Part shown: positions 31,456 through 42,338 of the stretch, in pieces
Layout: every line of letters starts with the position of its first letter
How positions within the stretch are numbered: the first letter of the stretch is position 1
Assembly (NCBI GenBank): GCA_964248365.1
Contig: CAXTYC010000012.1
Location: 1-64,000, forward strand
DNA: 64,000 nt
Source of the DNA: an uncultured Chroococcidiopsis sp.
GTDB lineage: Bacteria; Cyanobacteriota; Cyanobacteriia; Cyanobacteriales; Chroococcidiopsidaceae
Direction of reading: 5' to 3'
Notes under the pieces: generated by a model
Told to the model about the DNA's origin: nothing
Database searches by the model: none
What the model saw: the letters and a program-made list of their open reading frames with translations, nothing else
Program-made: the position numbers and the translations under genes

Positions 31456-32700
31456 ATGACACCTATACACGTTGTTGGCATTGGTTTAGATGGGGCGGCT
31501 GGGTTGGTTGAACGGGTGCGACAGGTGGTTTTGAGTGCGACGTTGTTAATCGGGAGCGATCGCCATCTGAGTTACTTTCCTAACCACCCAGCCCCTCGTA
31601 TAGTGTTAGGAGATTTCACCCAGGCAATTGCCCAAATTCGTCACCACCTAGCAGGTTCTGAAAGGATTGTGATTTTAGTTACGGGTGATCCTCTATTTTA
31701 TGGCTTAGGACGGCTGCTACTGGCAGAATTTCCCCCAGAATTGCTTACTTTTCATCCTCATCTGTCTTCAGTTGGGCTAGCTTTCAATCGAATCAAGGTA
31801 AGCTGGCAAGATGCGCGGATAATCAGCGCTCATGGGCGTTCTGTTGATGAGTTGATCCAAGCTTTGCAGCAAGGGGTTGACAAAATTGCCCTTTTGACAG
31901 ATGGGACTAATACCCCTAGCGCGATCGCACGTCTTTTACTAGCTTTAGATTTACCCAGTCACTACCAATTGTGGGTTTGTGAAAATCTGGGTGGCGAAAC
32001 AGAAACAGTTGGGTCTTATTCTCCCGAAGAAATATTAGAGCAGACTTTTGCACCACTCAATGTGGTTGTCTTACTCCGCCAATCCGATCAGGCAGTTTTG
32101 GATGTAGCCAATTTACCTGATCTTGGCTTAAGCGATCAAATGTTTCTCAGTTTTAGCGATCGCCCTGGGCTGATGACTAAGCGGGAAATCCGTTTGTTAG
32201 TTTTAGGAGAACTCGCTCTTAAACCAGGACAAATTATTTGGGATATCGGTGCAGGTACTGGCTCAGTTTCAATCGAGATTGCCCGTTTATTCCCAACTTC
32301 TAAAATATATGCGATCGAGAAAACTGCTGCTGGTACTGCTTTAATTTCGCAAAACTGCCGTCGATTTGGGGTAGAAAATGTCATTTCTATTCACGGTACT
32401 GCACCGGATATTTTGCTCGATTTGCCCCTGTGCGATCGCATCTTTATCGGTGGTAGTGGCGGTAATTTGACTCAAATTTTGGATGCTTGTCGCCTCCCTT
32501 CTGGCGGTGTTATAGTACTGGCTCTAGCTACCCTAGAACATCTCAACACAGCTTTAGGCTGGCTGAAAGAACATGACAGTTGGAATTATCAGTTATTGCA
32601 AGTGCAGCTATCTCGCTCAGTACCAGTGGGAAATTTAACCCGCTTTGCTCCCCTAAATCCAGTCACGATCTTGACTGCTATAGCAGGGAGTAGGGAGTAG
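31456..32700 (+). CDS. cbiET: Precorrin-6B/7 C5,C15-methyltransferase (CbiE-CbiT fusion)
   Basis: VVGIG, TGDPLFYG, MTKREIR and WDIGAGTGSVSIE motifs. Confidence 0.92.
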   Translation: MTPIHVVGIGLDGAAGLVERVRQVVLSATLLIGSDRHLSYFPNHPAPRIVLGDFTQAIAQIRHHLAGSERIVILVTGDPLFYGLGRLLLAEFPPELLTFHPHLSSVGLAFNRIKVSWQDARIISAHGRSVDELIQALQQGVDKIALLTDGTNTPSAIARLLLALDLPSHYQLWVCENLGGETETVGSYSPEEILEQTFAPLNVVVLLRQSDQAVLDVANLPDLGLSDQMFLSFSDRPGLMTKREIRLLVLGELALKPGQIIWDIGAGTGSVSIEIARLFPTSKIYAIEKTAAGTALISQNCRRFGVENVISIHGTAPDILLDLPLCDRIFIGGSGGNLTQILDACRLPSGGVIVLALATLEHLNTALGWLKEHDSWNYQLLQVQLSRSVPVGNLTRFAPLNPVTILTAIAGSRE

Positions 32701-32797
32701 GGGAGAGTGGGAATCAGGGGAGAACTACAAAACTACACAACTCCTAACTTCTGACTACAAAACTACAAAACTACACAACTTCTAACTTCTGACTACT

Positions 32798-32967
32798 TAG
32801 ATCTTGCACCATCGCTCTCGACCGCAAGGAAATTAATTTCCACAGCAAGTAACTCAAGTCCATTAAAATGGACACAATGCCGCGAGCAATCCTCTTAAGA
32901 GGATTTGGGCTATTAGCTTTTGAATTTGAATTCAAAAGCGGGTGAAGAGGCAGGTGCAAGATGTGAG
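32798..32967. mobile_element. Palindrome-rich MITE, copy 1
   Basis: agatcttgcacc...ggtgcaagat ends with internal hairpins; similar architecture at 51460-51640. Confidence 0.6.
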
Positions 32968-33034
32968 ACTACACAACTCCTAACTTCTGACTCCTTTACC
33001 GCAATACCTCTTTACCCTTTCCCCCTACATGATA

Positions 33035-33850
33035 TTAATTGGCACGCAACAGCCAAATAATTGCCCCCGTTCCCAGCATACAAAGTATTCCGGCTGCACC
33101 TGCTAGGGGCTTACCATTTTTACCCGTTACCCACTCGGAAACATTGCCAGTGTAAGTAATCATTTGCAGTGTATCTAAAAGAGCGATCGCCCACACCCAA
33201 CCTGTATGTAATCCCCACGCTAAACCTAAGCTACCACTATCTACCCAACGTGCCAAAACCAGCACCATTCCCATTAGCCATAGTCCAGGTAGCTGAGGAA
33301 TGGTTTCTTTTTGTTCCCATAATAAATGTAATAAGGCAAAAATCAAGCTAGAAATTGCCGCTGCTAATACAGGGGCGAAATCTTGTCCCAGCGTTGTCAA
33401 AACAAAACCGCGAAATACTCCTTCCTCTATACCACTGATCAAAAAAGCTAATAATAAAGTGGACAATAAGACTGATATCATCTGCCCATCTTTGTTTTGC
33501 CAAGTCACCAAACCTAACACTGTTTGAATGGCAAATAAAACTACTAAACTCAATACTGCCAAAACCAAACCTATTCCCAAGGAACTTATTAGCCTGAAGT
33601 TCCAGACTAAGCCGTAATCTGAGAAAGATCTACCTACTAAATGACTTGCTTGCCACAAAACTAGCGGTGCAATTATGTAGAGGGACGCTAGTAAGGGTAA
33701 TTTTTGTTCTGTTGCGATCGGTTGAGGCGGTCGCCAGCCGATTGCGATCGCGCTAATAACTGCGAGGGGGAACCAGCAGCCAGCCCAAGCCAAAAAAAAA
33801 GCTATTACCTGTAGCAGCGAAGTAGGGGCGTTTGTCAGCAATGAAATCAA
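33035..33850 (-). CDS. CPBP (Abi/CAAX) intramembrane protease
   Basis: EEGVFRG, FALLH and GLHTGW motifs. Confidence 0.9.
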   Translation of the reverse strand: MISLLTNAPTSLLQVIAFFLAWAGCWFPLAVISAIAIGWRPPQPIATEQKLPLLASLYIIAPLVLWQASHLVGRSFSDYGLVWNFRLISSLGIGLVLAVLSLVVLFAIQTVLGLVTWQNKDGQMISVLLSTLLLAFLISGIEEGVFRGFVLTTLGQDFAPVLAAAISSLIFALLHLLWEQKETIPQLPGLWLMGMVLVLARWVDSGSLGLAWGLHTGWVWAIALLDTLQMITYTGNVSEWVTGKNGKPLAGAAGILCMLGTGAIIWLLRAN

Positions 33851-34137
33851 AATATTGACTGTTGAGTTTAATTTTGCGCTTAAACCAGCTACAAAATCGC
33901 TAGAATCATCTTTTCGTTAATTGTCAGTTGTACTTTGTTAGGGGCAAATCCTTGGGTTAAAGGCGGGTTTAATTAAATTACCTGTTGCATAACAGTCATT
34001 TATTTTTAAACCCGCTCCTACTCAATGACTAAAACAATTTGCCAGGGGAGCGGGGAATTAAAAGGCTACAAGCTAGAAGCTTGCTACCATTGAGTAATAA
34101 TTCCGCTTAGTGCGCTTCCCAATTGGCTTGACTTTTA

Positions 34138-34575
34138 TTATTCGTCTTCGTCTTCGTCTTCGTCTAAATCGGTGTCATCGTCTCTGCTACCGTTTCTATC
34201 ACTATCAAGTTGAATTAGGTGAATGTGCTTGTAGCCTAATTTAATCTCAAACTCATCTCCAGGCTTTAAACCCATCGCCTCTGTATAGGTTGCGCCTATC
34301 ACAATTTGACCATTTTTGTGAACACTCACACGATAGGTTGGTTCCCTTCCGCGTCCATCTTTTGGTCCTTCTGGACTTAAGGGAATTCCCCTTGCTGCTA
34401 GCAGTGCATCATAAAAATCAGTAAGATTGACGCGGGTTTGGTGATTTTTGGTTACAGTGTAATATCCGCAGGCTTTTGCTCTTTCTCGCCTTGGTAAGTT
34501 TGAGAGTTCTTTTACCTTTTGTAGCAATGCCTTTCCGGTTAATGGCTGGGGTGCAGTTTCAGTACTCACGCTCAA
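34138..34575 (-). CDS. Cyanobacterial AbrB-like transcription regulator (cyAbrB)
   Basis: LTGKALLQKVKEL, ACGY, FYDALL and YRVSVHKNGQIVIGATYT motifs. Confidence 0.93.
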   Translation of the reverse strand: MSVSTETAPQPLTGKALLQKVKELSNLPRRERAKACGYYTVTKNHQTRVNLTDFYDALLAARGIPLSPEGPKDGRGREPTYRVSVHKNGQIVIGATYTEAMGLKPGDEFEIKLGYKHIHLIQLDSDRNGSRDDDTDLDEDEDEDE

Positions 34576-35398
34576 TATATCCTTACGATCTCCAAATTTG
34601 TAAAGTCCTATTACAGGCTATTAACGAAGCTGTTGGCTTTTTGTCAAATGTCATTTGTCAAATGTCATTTGTCAAATGTCATTTTTCCTTTACCGATGAC
34701 TAGGAGCAATGACCCATGACAGATGAGTGCTAATTGCTAAACAGCTAGTCTCCTTCATTTGATAGAAAAATCTATCTCTAAATCTCTCCTTTGAGCCAAA
34801 AAAATTTTCTCCTCAGATAGATACTAACCATTTTCAATTCAACTTTGCAAATTTAATCTTAATTTTTAAGGTTGCTTCGTCAAATATTAAATGTCTACGG
34901 TGATTATATAAGTTTTTTAGTCAAAAGGATACCTCCTGCCCCAGTTGTTGAAAATAATAAAGTTAAAAAAATTATCGTCCTCTGTAACACAGCAGCAGTA
35001 AAAAGCACTGTTAAGTATCTCGTCTGAAAAAAAGGGCAGACGTGCAAAAGACGGAAGGATTATGCGTAATAGGTTATCTAGTTTGACGAGCGCCATTTTT
35101 TTATGCCCTCCCGCTTATCTACTAGCTTATATAACTACTGATGATTAGAGAGTTACTAAGTAGAGCTTGCCTCGTTTTACCACTAGAGAAAATTCTATTA
35201 CTGCTGATAAGTCAAAAGATATATATTTTTTTGAAATTATGGGGGGTTGACAAAGCCTCAGTTTAACCCTAGGAAGCTGTAAAAACCGTCAGAAAGAGTA
35301 ATGTACGCTTAAACTAGAAGCAGCAACACCTTTAAAACACAACCTCGCAGTAACATCTCTTAAAAAAGCGTATATTCGGGAAAAAAAGCAGTGGAAAT

Positions 35399-35509
35399 CC
35401 GATGTAACTCTAAAAAAATGAGACAGCCGCGCTCGTTTGGGGTTATCCTCGTGCATCACGGTTGCTCTGTTATGAAGGACGGTCATTTTTTTAAGACGGA
35501 AAACCCTGG
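35399..35509. mobile_element. ~110-bp non-autonomous mini-element, copy 2
   Basis: ccgatgtaactctaaaaaaatga...tcatttttttaagacggaaaaccctgg; same ends as 6151-6259. Confidence 0.7.
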
Positions 35510-35554
35510 GAATGATTTACAGGTGTAGGTGTTTGAATTACAAAACTTGAGTAG

Positions 35555-36565
35555 ATGGCAATGGAAGTTATTTTTAAAGTCATTCGACAGACACAAAATT
35601 CCACTCCTCACGTTCAGATTTACCATATAGAGGCTGAACCAGGGAATACAATTCTGGAGTGTCTGAATCGAATTAAGTGGGAGCAAGATGGAAGCTTAGC
35701 ATTTCGCAAGAATTGTCGCAATACTATTTGTGGTAGCTGCGGTATGCGAATTAATGGTCGTTCTGCTTTAGCGTGTAAGGAAAATGTTGGGAGTGAAGTA
35801 AAAAGACTGCAAATAAGCGCGGACACAGTAAATAATTCCGCCGATACCATTCCAGAAATTATTGTGGCTCCGCTGGGAAATATGCCAGTGATTAAAGATC
35901 TAGTAGTGGATATGAGTAGTTTCTGGAACCATCTCGAAGCAGTTGATCCCTATGTTAGTACGGTCGCAAGAAAAATACCAGAACGGGAATTTTTACAAAC
36001 ACCCGAAGAGCGAAGTGAGCTAAATCAGACTGGTAATTGTATTATGTGTGGGGCTTGCTACTCTGAATGCAATGCCCGTGAAGTAAATCCTGATTTTGTT
36101 GGTCCTCATGCCCTTGCCAAAGCTTACCGAATGGTGTCAGACTCGCGTGATACCCAAACAGAAAACCGTTTAGAAAAATATAATCAAGGCACTGGGGGAG
36201 TATGGGGCTGCACTCGTTGTTTTTATTGCAATGCGGTTTGTCCAATGGAAGTCGCGCCGTTGGATCAAATTAATAAAATTAAACAGGAAATTTTACCGTT
36301 AAAAGATAGCGCCGACAGCCGTTCAATTCGTCACCGTAAAGTCCTGGTGGAATTGGTTAAACAAGGAGGCTGGATTGATGAACGCTCATTTGGTTTGCAA
36401 GTAGTGGGTAATTTCTTCCAAGACTTAAGAGGATTGCTTAGTCTTGGACCTTTGGGACTGCGGATGCTGGTTCGGCGCAAGTTACCACTCACATTTGAGC
36501 CTTCAGAGGGACAGCAACAGGTGCAATCTCTGATCGAGGCTATCCAGCAAGAAGAGAGGGGCTAG
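35555..36565 (+). CDS. sdhB: Succinate dehydrogenase/fumarate reductase Fe-S subunit
   Basis: CRNTICGSC, CIMCGAC...C and CTRCFYC..VCP clusters. Confidence 0.95.
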   Translation: MAMEVIFKVIRQTQNSTPHVQIYHIEAEPGNTILECLNRIKWEQDGSLAFRKNCRNTICGSCGMRINGRSALACKENVGSEVKRLQISADTVNNSADTIPEIIVAPLGNMPVIKDLVVDMSSFWNHLEAVDPYVSTVARKIPEREFLQTPEERSELNQTGNCIMCGACYSECNAREVNPDFVGPHALAKAYRMVSDSRDTQTENRLEKYNQGTGGVWGCTRCFYCNAVCPMEVAPLDQINKIKQEILPLKDSADSRSIRHRKVLVELVKQGGWIDERSFGLQVVGNFFQDLRGLLSLGPLGLRMLVRRKLPLTFEPSEGQQQVQSLIEAIQQEERG

Positions 36566-36696
36566 GGGCGCTGGGGCAGGGGGAGCAGGGGAAGCCTCGG
36601 GGAGCCTCGGGGAGCAAAAGGGAGAAATTACCTTTTACCTTTACCCTAGCCTCTAGCCTCTGGTTCCTCTAGCCCCTGGTTCCTCTAGCCCCTTCC

Positions 36697-37221
36697 TTAC
36701 TGGGGATTCATCGGCACATTTAGCGGTTGCCCAGAAGAGTTATAAATTAAAATGTCCCACTGACCGTTTGCACTTGATTCAAAGGCAATTCTACTGCCAT
36801 CAGCACTAATGGTGGGGTGGCGGACTTGTGCTTGTAGGTTGGCAGTTAAATTCCTTAATTGGCGGGTTTCACGGTCATAAAGGAAAATTCCTTGCCTAAA
36901 GTGCCGACTACCAGTAAATACAATGTAGCGACCATTTTGTGACACATCTGGATCTGATGCGATCATATCAAAGCCATTCAATCCTGGCAAATCAACTAAA
37001 CTACTGGTAACAGTATCAAATAGATAAACATCCTCACGCCCGAAACGGTCAGAAGTAAATACTACGTATCGTCCAGCTATTTGGGGCGATAATTCAGCAG
37101 CTGGACTGTTGAGACTCCGCCCACCTGGATCAAAAGGATAGCTCAATAAGCGGGGATACCCAGCACAGCTACTTAAAAACCCAGCTAGGGCAAACACACA
37201 AATAAAAATCGAGTGCTTCAC
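36697..37221 (-). CDS. TolB-like (PD40) lipoprotein
   Basis: Lipobox LSSC; VFTSDR and PTISADG..IAFES motifs. Confidence 0.85.
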   Translation of the reverse strand: MKHSIFICVFALAGFLSSCAGYPRLLSYPFDPGGRSLNSPAAELSPQIAGRYVVFTSDRFGREDVYLFDTVTSSLVDLPGLNGFDMIASDPDVSQNGRYIVFTGSRHFRQGIFLYDRETRQLRNLTANLQAQVRHPTISADGSRIAFESSANGQWDILIYNSSGQPLNVPMNPQ

Positions 37222-37379
37222 AATGTAAGAGAGGGGCTAGGGGCGCTGGGGCTGGAGGAACTAGAGGAACCAGAGGAAGAAGAGGATGAGGGAATGGGAT
37301 GGTGAGCTGATGGAGGGATTTCGCCCCATCTCCCTATCTCCCCTGATTCCCACTCTCCCTAGCCCCTGCGCCAAAGCCC

Positions 37380-37931
37380 CTAGCCCCTATTAATAGCACC
37401 ATCGGGAATGTCTAACTCAATGTTGGGTCCTCGGTCTAGAATTTCAATATCCCACTGTCCGTTACTACTGCTTTCAAACGCAATATAGCGACCATCTGGA
37501 CTGATACTGGGATGACGCACCCAGCCTTGATACCATTGACTCAGGACTTGCGGCTGCTGCGTGACGCGATCGTATAGTACCAGTATTGGCTTGCCTTGAT
37601 CGGTTGTTATATAAGTAATGTAACGTCCGGTGTAGCTCAGACTGGGGTTTTCAATAACTGTGTCAGGTCGATTTATTCGAGGTAAAGAAATCAGCCTTTG
37701 TTGTTCTAAGTCATATAGCCACATCTGACGCTTACCGTCGCGGTTAGAGACAAAAGCCAAAAAGCGACCATTACCACTTAAGGCTGGTTGCTCATCGTTA
37801 TAGCGGCTGTTGAGAGAGCCTGGAAAGCCAAGGCGATCGCTCGGACTACAAGCAGCAACTAAACTTAACACGCCCAAGCTAACAGCTAAACGCTGCCACA
37901 GAGAAAGGCATCTGGGCGACAATTCTTTCAC
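37380..37931 (-). CDS. TolB-like (PD40) lipoprotein
   Basis: Lipobox VAAC; PALSGNGRFLAFVSNR and PSISPDG motifs. Confidence 0.85.
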   Translation of the reverse strand: MKELSPRCLSLWQRLAVSLGVLSLVAACSPSDRLGFPGSLNSRYNDEQPALSGNGRFLAFVSNRDGKRQMWLYDLEQQRLISLPRINRPDTVIENPSLSYTGRYITYITTDQGKPILVLYDRVTQQPQVLSQWYQGWVRHPSISPDGRYIAFESSSNGQWDIEILDRGPNIELDIPDGAINRG

Positions 37932-37955
37932 TTGGGCTGTTTTGTGCGCTTGTGA

Positions 37956-38849
37956 TTATGGCTCGTCAAAATTCGCGGAGTTATCTTGCTCGTCATCTGA
38001 TCGATTTATAGGCTTGTAATCAACATAGTCGGAGGGTGTGGCTGCCACATCTGCGTCAGGATTATAAGCCGATTCTGGGCGTGAACGTCGCCTTCTTGGT
38101 CTAGATGAAACTTCTGAATTTAAATTTTCTGCTCTATCTGGTTTAGAGGAGCCATTACTACTCGGTCGAGGTGATTTGCTTACGCGGCTAGCCGTCTCCC
38201 ACTCATCACTCGTTTGCTGCGAAAGCGAGTCCCATTCATCTGCTAATGGTCGTTGACTAGGACGACTATCTGAACGGGGACGACGTTTAGGTTGTTTATC
38301 TGTCTGTCTATCTCCCTGCGCTAACCTTTGGGTACTAGCACTTCGATTGGATGAGCGCCGAGGATAGTCACTATCTTCATCTGTGCGATAACGGCGGGGC
38401 GCTTCATCTTCGTATTCATCTATACGAGTTGAGCGAGTATCTCTGGTTCCCCGAATTTGCCGTCTTGGAATAGGACGCTCTTCCTCTAATGGCTCATAGT
38501 CATCCAGTTCTGCCTCATACTGATATACTGGGCTAACTGGTCTATCTTCATCCACAATTCGGGTATTACGCTTGGCTTGCTCTGTGGCTACACCGCGCAG
38601 CCTAACACTCTCAACAGCAAAAAATACTGTTGATCCTGCCAAAAGTAACTGACCAAACTGCATAATTGGGTCATAGCGCCAGCCCTGGAATATGAGAATG
38701 AAGCCACTGAGTAAACCAACGGCGGCAAAAAAGATATCATGATCTCGTGCTAGTTCTGGGCGCACATTGCGTAGGAAATATAGTCCTGCCCCAGCTACAG
38801 CCAAGAAGATGCCCAAAAGACTCGCTAAGTTGAATCCAAAGTTTACCAT
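37956..38849 (-). CDS. ycf66: Ycf66 family protein
   Basis: LYFLRNVRPELARDHDIFF...QGWRYDPIMQFGQ. Confidence 0.92.
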   Translation of the reverse strand: MVNFGFNLASLLGIFLAVAGAGLYFLRNVRPELARDHDIFFAAVGLLSGFILIFQGWRYDPIMQFGQLLLAGSTVFFAVESVRLRGVATEQAKRNTRIVDEDRPVSPVYQYEAELDDYEPLEEERPIPRRQIRGTRDTRSTRIDEYEDEAPRRYRTDEDSDYPRRSSNRSASTQRLAQGDRQTDKQPKRRPRSDSRPSQRPLADEWDSLSQQTSDEWETASRVSKSPRPSSNGSSKPDRAENLNSEVSSRPRRRRSRPESAYNPDADVAATPSDYVDYKPINRSDDEQDNSANFDEP

Positions 38850-38971
38850 TTCTGTTCTCTCAAGTATGTCTTATCCTAGCGATTCAGGATAAAAATCACC
38901 AAGCAAAGCTCTGGCATTGCAAACAGAATTTTCCGTCCTTTCGCCTGTCAAACCAATTATCTATCAATTTT

Positions 38972-39003
38972 AAGGGAGCCAAACGAATTCGTTTGACTCC
39001 CAC
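38972..39003 (-). terminator. Hairpin downstream of psbX
   Basis: gggagccaaacgaattcgtttgactccc. Confidence 0.5.
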
Positions 39004-39009
39004 CGGATC

Positions 39010-39129
39010 TTATGAACGCTGAATTTTATCTTTTTGGCTAATAAAAATCAGGGCAACAGTTGCTGGAATGACTATAATCACAGCACCCGCTAGCAGACTG
39101 TAAAAGAAGTTCATTAAAGAAGGGGTCAT
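39010..39129 (-). CDS. psbX: Photosystem II protein PsbX (39 aa, not in the ORF track)
   Basis: [39 protein letters not shown]; adjacent to ycf66. Confidence 0.93.
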   Translation of the reverse strand: MTPSLMNFFYSLLAGAVIIVIPATVALIFISQKDKIQRS

Positions 39130-39493
39130 AGATTTTCAACTCTTTTGTCGAATACTTCCCCTTCATTTTAATTTGCTGTTACACCCTTGAGAAGTCGTAA
39201 AGGAGCGCTTATTTGTGGCAAAGCGCCGAAGTATAGCAGTTCGTCTTGGAATAGGGAGTAGGGAGTAGGGGGGACTCCAGGGACTCCAGGGGTTCCAGGG
39301 GTGATAAATATGATAACGAATTATCCTTTTCCCTTTTCCCGAGTCCCTTTTCCCTTTCACCTTTCACCAACTACCAATTACCAACACTCCACCTACTCCC
39401 TACTCCCTCCTGATGTTGGCTGAGAAAATTTGTCTCAAAAGTGAACAAAATGCCACACTTGATCAACAGTGGTTAAGTTCTTAAAACGGCAAA

Positions 39494-40138
39494 ATGGATA
39501 CAAGCGTAGCTGATCTTCGCAAAGATTATCAACTCCAAGGCTTAAGGGAAACAGATGTTGATGTCTCACCCTTTAGACAATTTCAAGTATGGTTTGATCA
39601 GGCACTAGCCGCCCAGCTACCTGAACCAAATGCTATGACTGTTGCCACTGCGACACAATCGGGCATACCAAGCGCCCGAATAGTGCTGTTAAAAGGCTTT
39701 GATGAACGAGGTTTTGTATTTTACACCAATTATCAGAGTCACAAAGGGCAAGAATTAGCAGATAATCCGCGAGCGGCTCTTGTCTTTTGGTGGGCGGAAC
39801 TGGAACGCCAAGTTCGGATTGAGGGGCGAGTCCTGAAAGTATCAGATCAAGAATCAGATGAATATTTCCACAGTCGTCCATTTAACAGTCGTTTGGGGGC
39901 GTGGGCTTCTGATCAAAGTCAGGTGATAGAAAGCCGCGAAGTTTTGGAACGACGCGCAGGGGAACTGAAAACTAAATATGAAAACTCTGATGTACCACGT
40001 CCACCCCATTGGGGAGGCTTTCGCGTTATTCCAAGTGGGATCGAGTTTTGGCAGGGAAGACCGAGCAGATTACACGATCGCCTACTTTATCGTCTCATAG
40101 ATGATGGCACTTGGGTAATTGAGCGCTTGTCACCATAA
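39494..40138 (+). CDS. pdxH: Pyridoxamine 5'-phosphate oxidase
   Basis: [21 protein letters not shown] and [13 protein letters not shown] motifs. Confidence 0.96.
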   Translation: MDTSVADLRKDYQLQGLRETDVDVSPFRQFQVWFDQALAAQLPEPNAMTVATATQSGIPSARIVLLKGFDERGFVFYTNYQSHKGQELADNPRAALVFWWAELERQVRIEGRVLKVSDQESDEYFHSRPFNSRLGAWASDQSQVIESREVLERRAGELKTKYENSDVPRPPHWGGFRVIPSGIEFWQGRPSRLHDRLLYRLIDDGTWVIERLSP

Positions 40139-40203
40139 GAGGGAGTAGAGAGTAGGGAGTAGGGAGTAGGGGGGGCTGGGGAAGCTGGGGAGAAAGAGGA
40201 AAA

Positions 40204-41013
40204 TTATGAATTTCGAATTGCGAATTGTTCTGTTGGATCTGGCATGAATTTGTATCTCAGGTAAATTCCAGCCGCCACAAATAAAGCAATCACAACAGTA
40301 CCAATGCCAATCGGACTGGGAAGCCAAAAAACTGCTTCCACATGATTAAGTTCACCTGGCTGGAGTTTCCAAACGAGTATTTGTCCTTGTTTTTCTGGTT
40401 GAATAGCGTTGGGTGATTTTTCGACGCTACGCGCTCCCCAAGGAGTGTTGAGGCTAAACTCAAAGTCTAAAATCGAACCTGTGGTAATTTCTAGATTACC
40501 GTTGGTTGAAATTAGCTCTAGCGATCGCAAGTCTAAATCATAGCTCAATCGATTCCTGACTAATAGTAACAAATTGTTTTGATTCAAACTCAAATGAGAA
40601 TCAATCTGAGGCAAATCAGATTTCTCACTTGTCACATCCGAGTTTTTCTTACCTGTGGGGCTAAAAAATTTGTTGAATTTCTCTTCGAGATCAGCACCAT
40701 TATTAAATGGAATCGTAACAGTAATTTCTTCGTTTGATAGCCGCTTAGCTTTACCTTGCAATTCGTGGGCGCGGCGTTCAATACTACTTAACCAAGCAGA
40801 AGCTGATTCACCACTAAAACTAACCAGTTTTTCTCCCAGCTTGATATGCTGTACAATTTCGCCATAATTGGGGTTATCAAAATTCACCCCAACCTGATAC
40901 TGTACACAGCCAGAAAGCAGCAATGAGGACAATAGTATCAGCCCTAAAAGCCGCACTCGGCTCATACCCTTAATTACTGTCATCAAACCCTTGTTTAAAA
41001 TATCTAGAAGCAC
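40204..41013 (-). CDS. DUF3153-like lipoprotein
   Basis: LSGC lipobox; IPFNNG and LVWKLQPGELN..EAVFWLPSPIG motifs. Confidence 0.8.
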   Translation of the reverse strand: MLLDILNKGLMTVIKGMSRVRLLGLILLSSLLLSGCVQYQVGVNFDNPNYGEIVQHIKLGEKLVSFSGESASAWLSSIERRAHELQGKAKRLSNEEITVTIPFNNGADLEEKFNKFFSPTGKKNSDVTSEKSDLPQIDSHLSLNQNNLLLLVRNRLSYDLDLRSLELISTNGNLEITTGSILDFEFSLNTPWGARSVEKSPNAIQPEKQGQILVWKLQPGELNHVEAVFWLPSPIGIGTVVIALFVAAGIYLRYKFMPDPTEQFAIRNS

Positions 41014-41098
41014 AAGCTTTACTTCCCCTCATAAAAATGGTAATTGGTAATTGGTAGTTGGTAAAGAGTAATTGGTAACTGGTAACTGGTAACTGCTA

Positions 41099-41635
41099 TT
41101 ACCCATAATTCATCCAAATTAAAGCAGCTACAGTCAAGCCAATGGCAATTAGTGCTACCCAAATAAATCGATTATCTCTGGTATTGACCCCGCTAAGGTC
41201 TACTGGTTCTGGTAGTGGCTGTTGTCCCTGACGTTTACTAGTAGTAGCAAGGCTGCCAAGGCGAGTTTGATTTTCATTGTCAGGGACTGTACCTAAATCG
41301 GGAATTTGCGTCATCCATTCGGCAGGTCTTTTTAACTGGGGTGCTTGCAGGATGTAGAGCAAGCGTCGCGCTTGTTTGTTGGTTTCAGGATCGGGATGGC
41401 GTTTGAGCTGATCGCACAGAGCGATCGCTTGTTGTGTTTGTCCTGCTGCTTCATAAGCTGTTACTAACCAAATCTGCACTTCACCCCCCAAGCGAGAGTT
41501 ACGAGCAACTAGGGCGCTAGCTTTTTCTAAATGCTGCACAGATTCGCGGTATTGTCCACGTTCAAAAGCTACTCTGCCAGCAGTGTACTCGGCTCTAACA
41601 ATTTCTAAAGTTTCTGAATTCACGTTCGGCTGCAT
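41099..41635 (-). CDS. TPR protein with C-terminal TM helix
   Basis: AFERGQY, GGEVQIWLVTAYEA and APQLKRP motifs. Confidence 0.8.
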   Translation of the reverse strand: MQPNVNSETLEIVRAEYTAGRVAFERGQYRESVQHLEKASALVARNSRLGGEVQIWLVTAYEAAGQTQQAIALCDQLKRHPDPETNKQARRLLYILQAPQLKRPAEWMTQIPDLGTVPDNENQTRLGSLATTSKRQGQQPLPEPVDLSGVNTRDNRFIWVALIAIGLTVAALIWMNYG

Positions 41636-41833
41636 GAATCTCGTCTTTCTTGATGTTGCCACAAGCTAGGGGAGTAACGAAATATTTCTTTTGTCGCAGC
41701 TTTAACTGAAACTAAATCGATAGAATTGTAGTTAAGTAGACATGAATGGCTGTTTGAGAGCAATACAGTGTAGTGAAGCAATTTTGTTGCTCATAGCTTT
41801 GAGATTATTACAATCGGGGTTTGGGATAAAAAT

Positions 41834-42322
41834 ATGCTAAAAACACAGCGGGGGCGACTGGGAGGTCGTGGAGTAAGCTTTAATACTGTTATTGTGTCGC
41901 TGGGCTTGGGGATGTCGCTCTTGGGTGCTACGACACCAGCTTTTGCTCAATCTATAAGTGGAAAGACGATTAGAGTTCCTTATGAGTCTGGGGTAGTAGT
42001 TGAGCGAGGGTATTATGGTGGTGTGAGTCAGCCTCCCCAAGCCGCTCCCTTCATTTATGGCAGTCCTATTCCAACTCCAGTGCCTGTAAATCCCGCTACT
42101 GGTTTGACACCTAATAATAGCAGTGGTTACTATTACGAATCCTATCCAATCAACTCCTATCCAGTCAGAGGAAGGGTAGACAATTCTACGCTAATCAATC
42201 CTACTCTAGTTAATCCCAGGATTAATGACTCGACGCTGATTAATCCTGTGATTGTGAATGAGCCAGTTTATAGAGTACCAGTGTATGAGCGGCGATCGCC
42301 CATCATTTATTTCTCAAATTAG
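41834..42322 (+). CDS. Secreted Pro/Tyr-rich hypothetical protein
   Basis: Signal peptide ending AFA; YGSPIPTP and NSTLINP repeats. Confidence 0.7.
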   Translation: MLKTQRGRLGGRGVSFNTVIVSLGLGMSLLGATTPAFAQSISGKTIRVPYESGVVVERGYYGGVSQPPQAAPFIYGSPIPTPVPVNPATGLTPNNSSGYYYESYPINSYPVRGRVDNSTLINPTLVNPRINDSTLINPVIVNEPVYRVPVYERRSPIIYFSN

Positions 42323-42338
42323 GGCGATCGCAAGCTTG

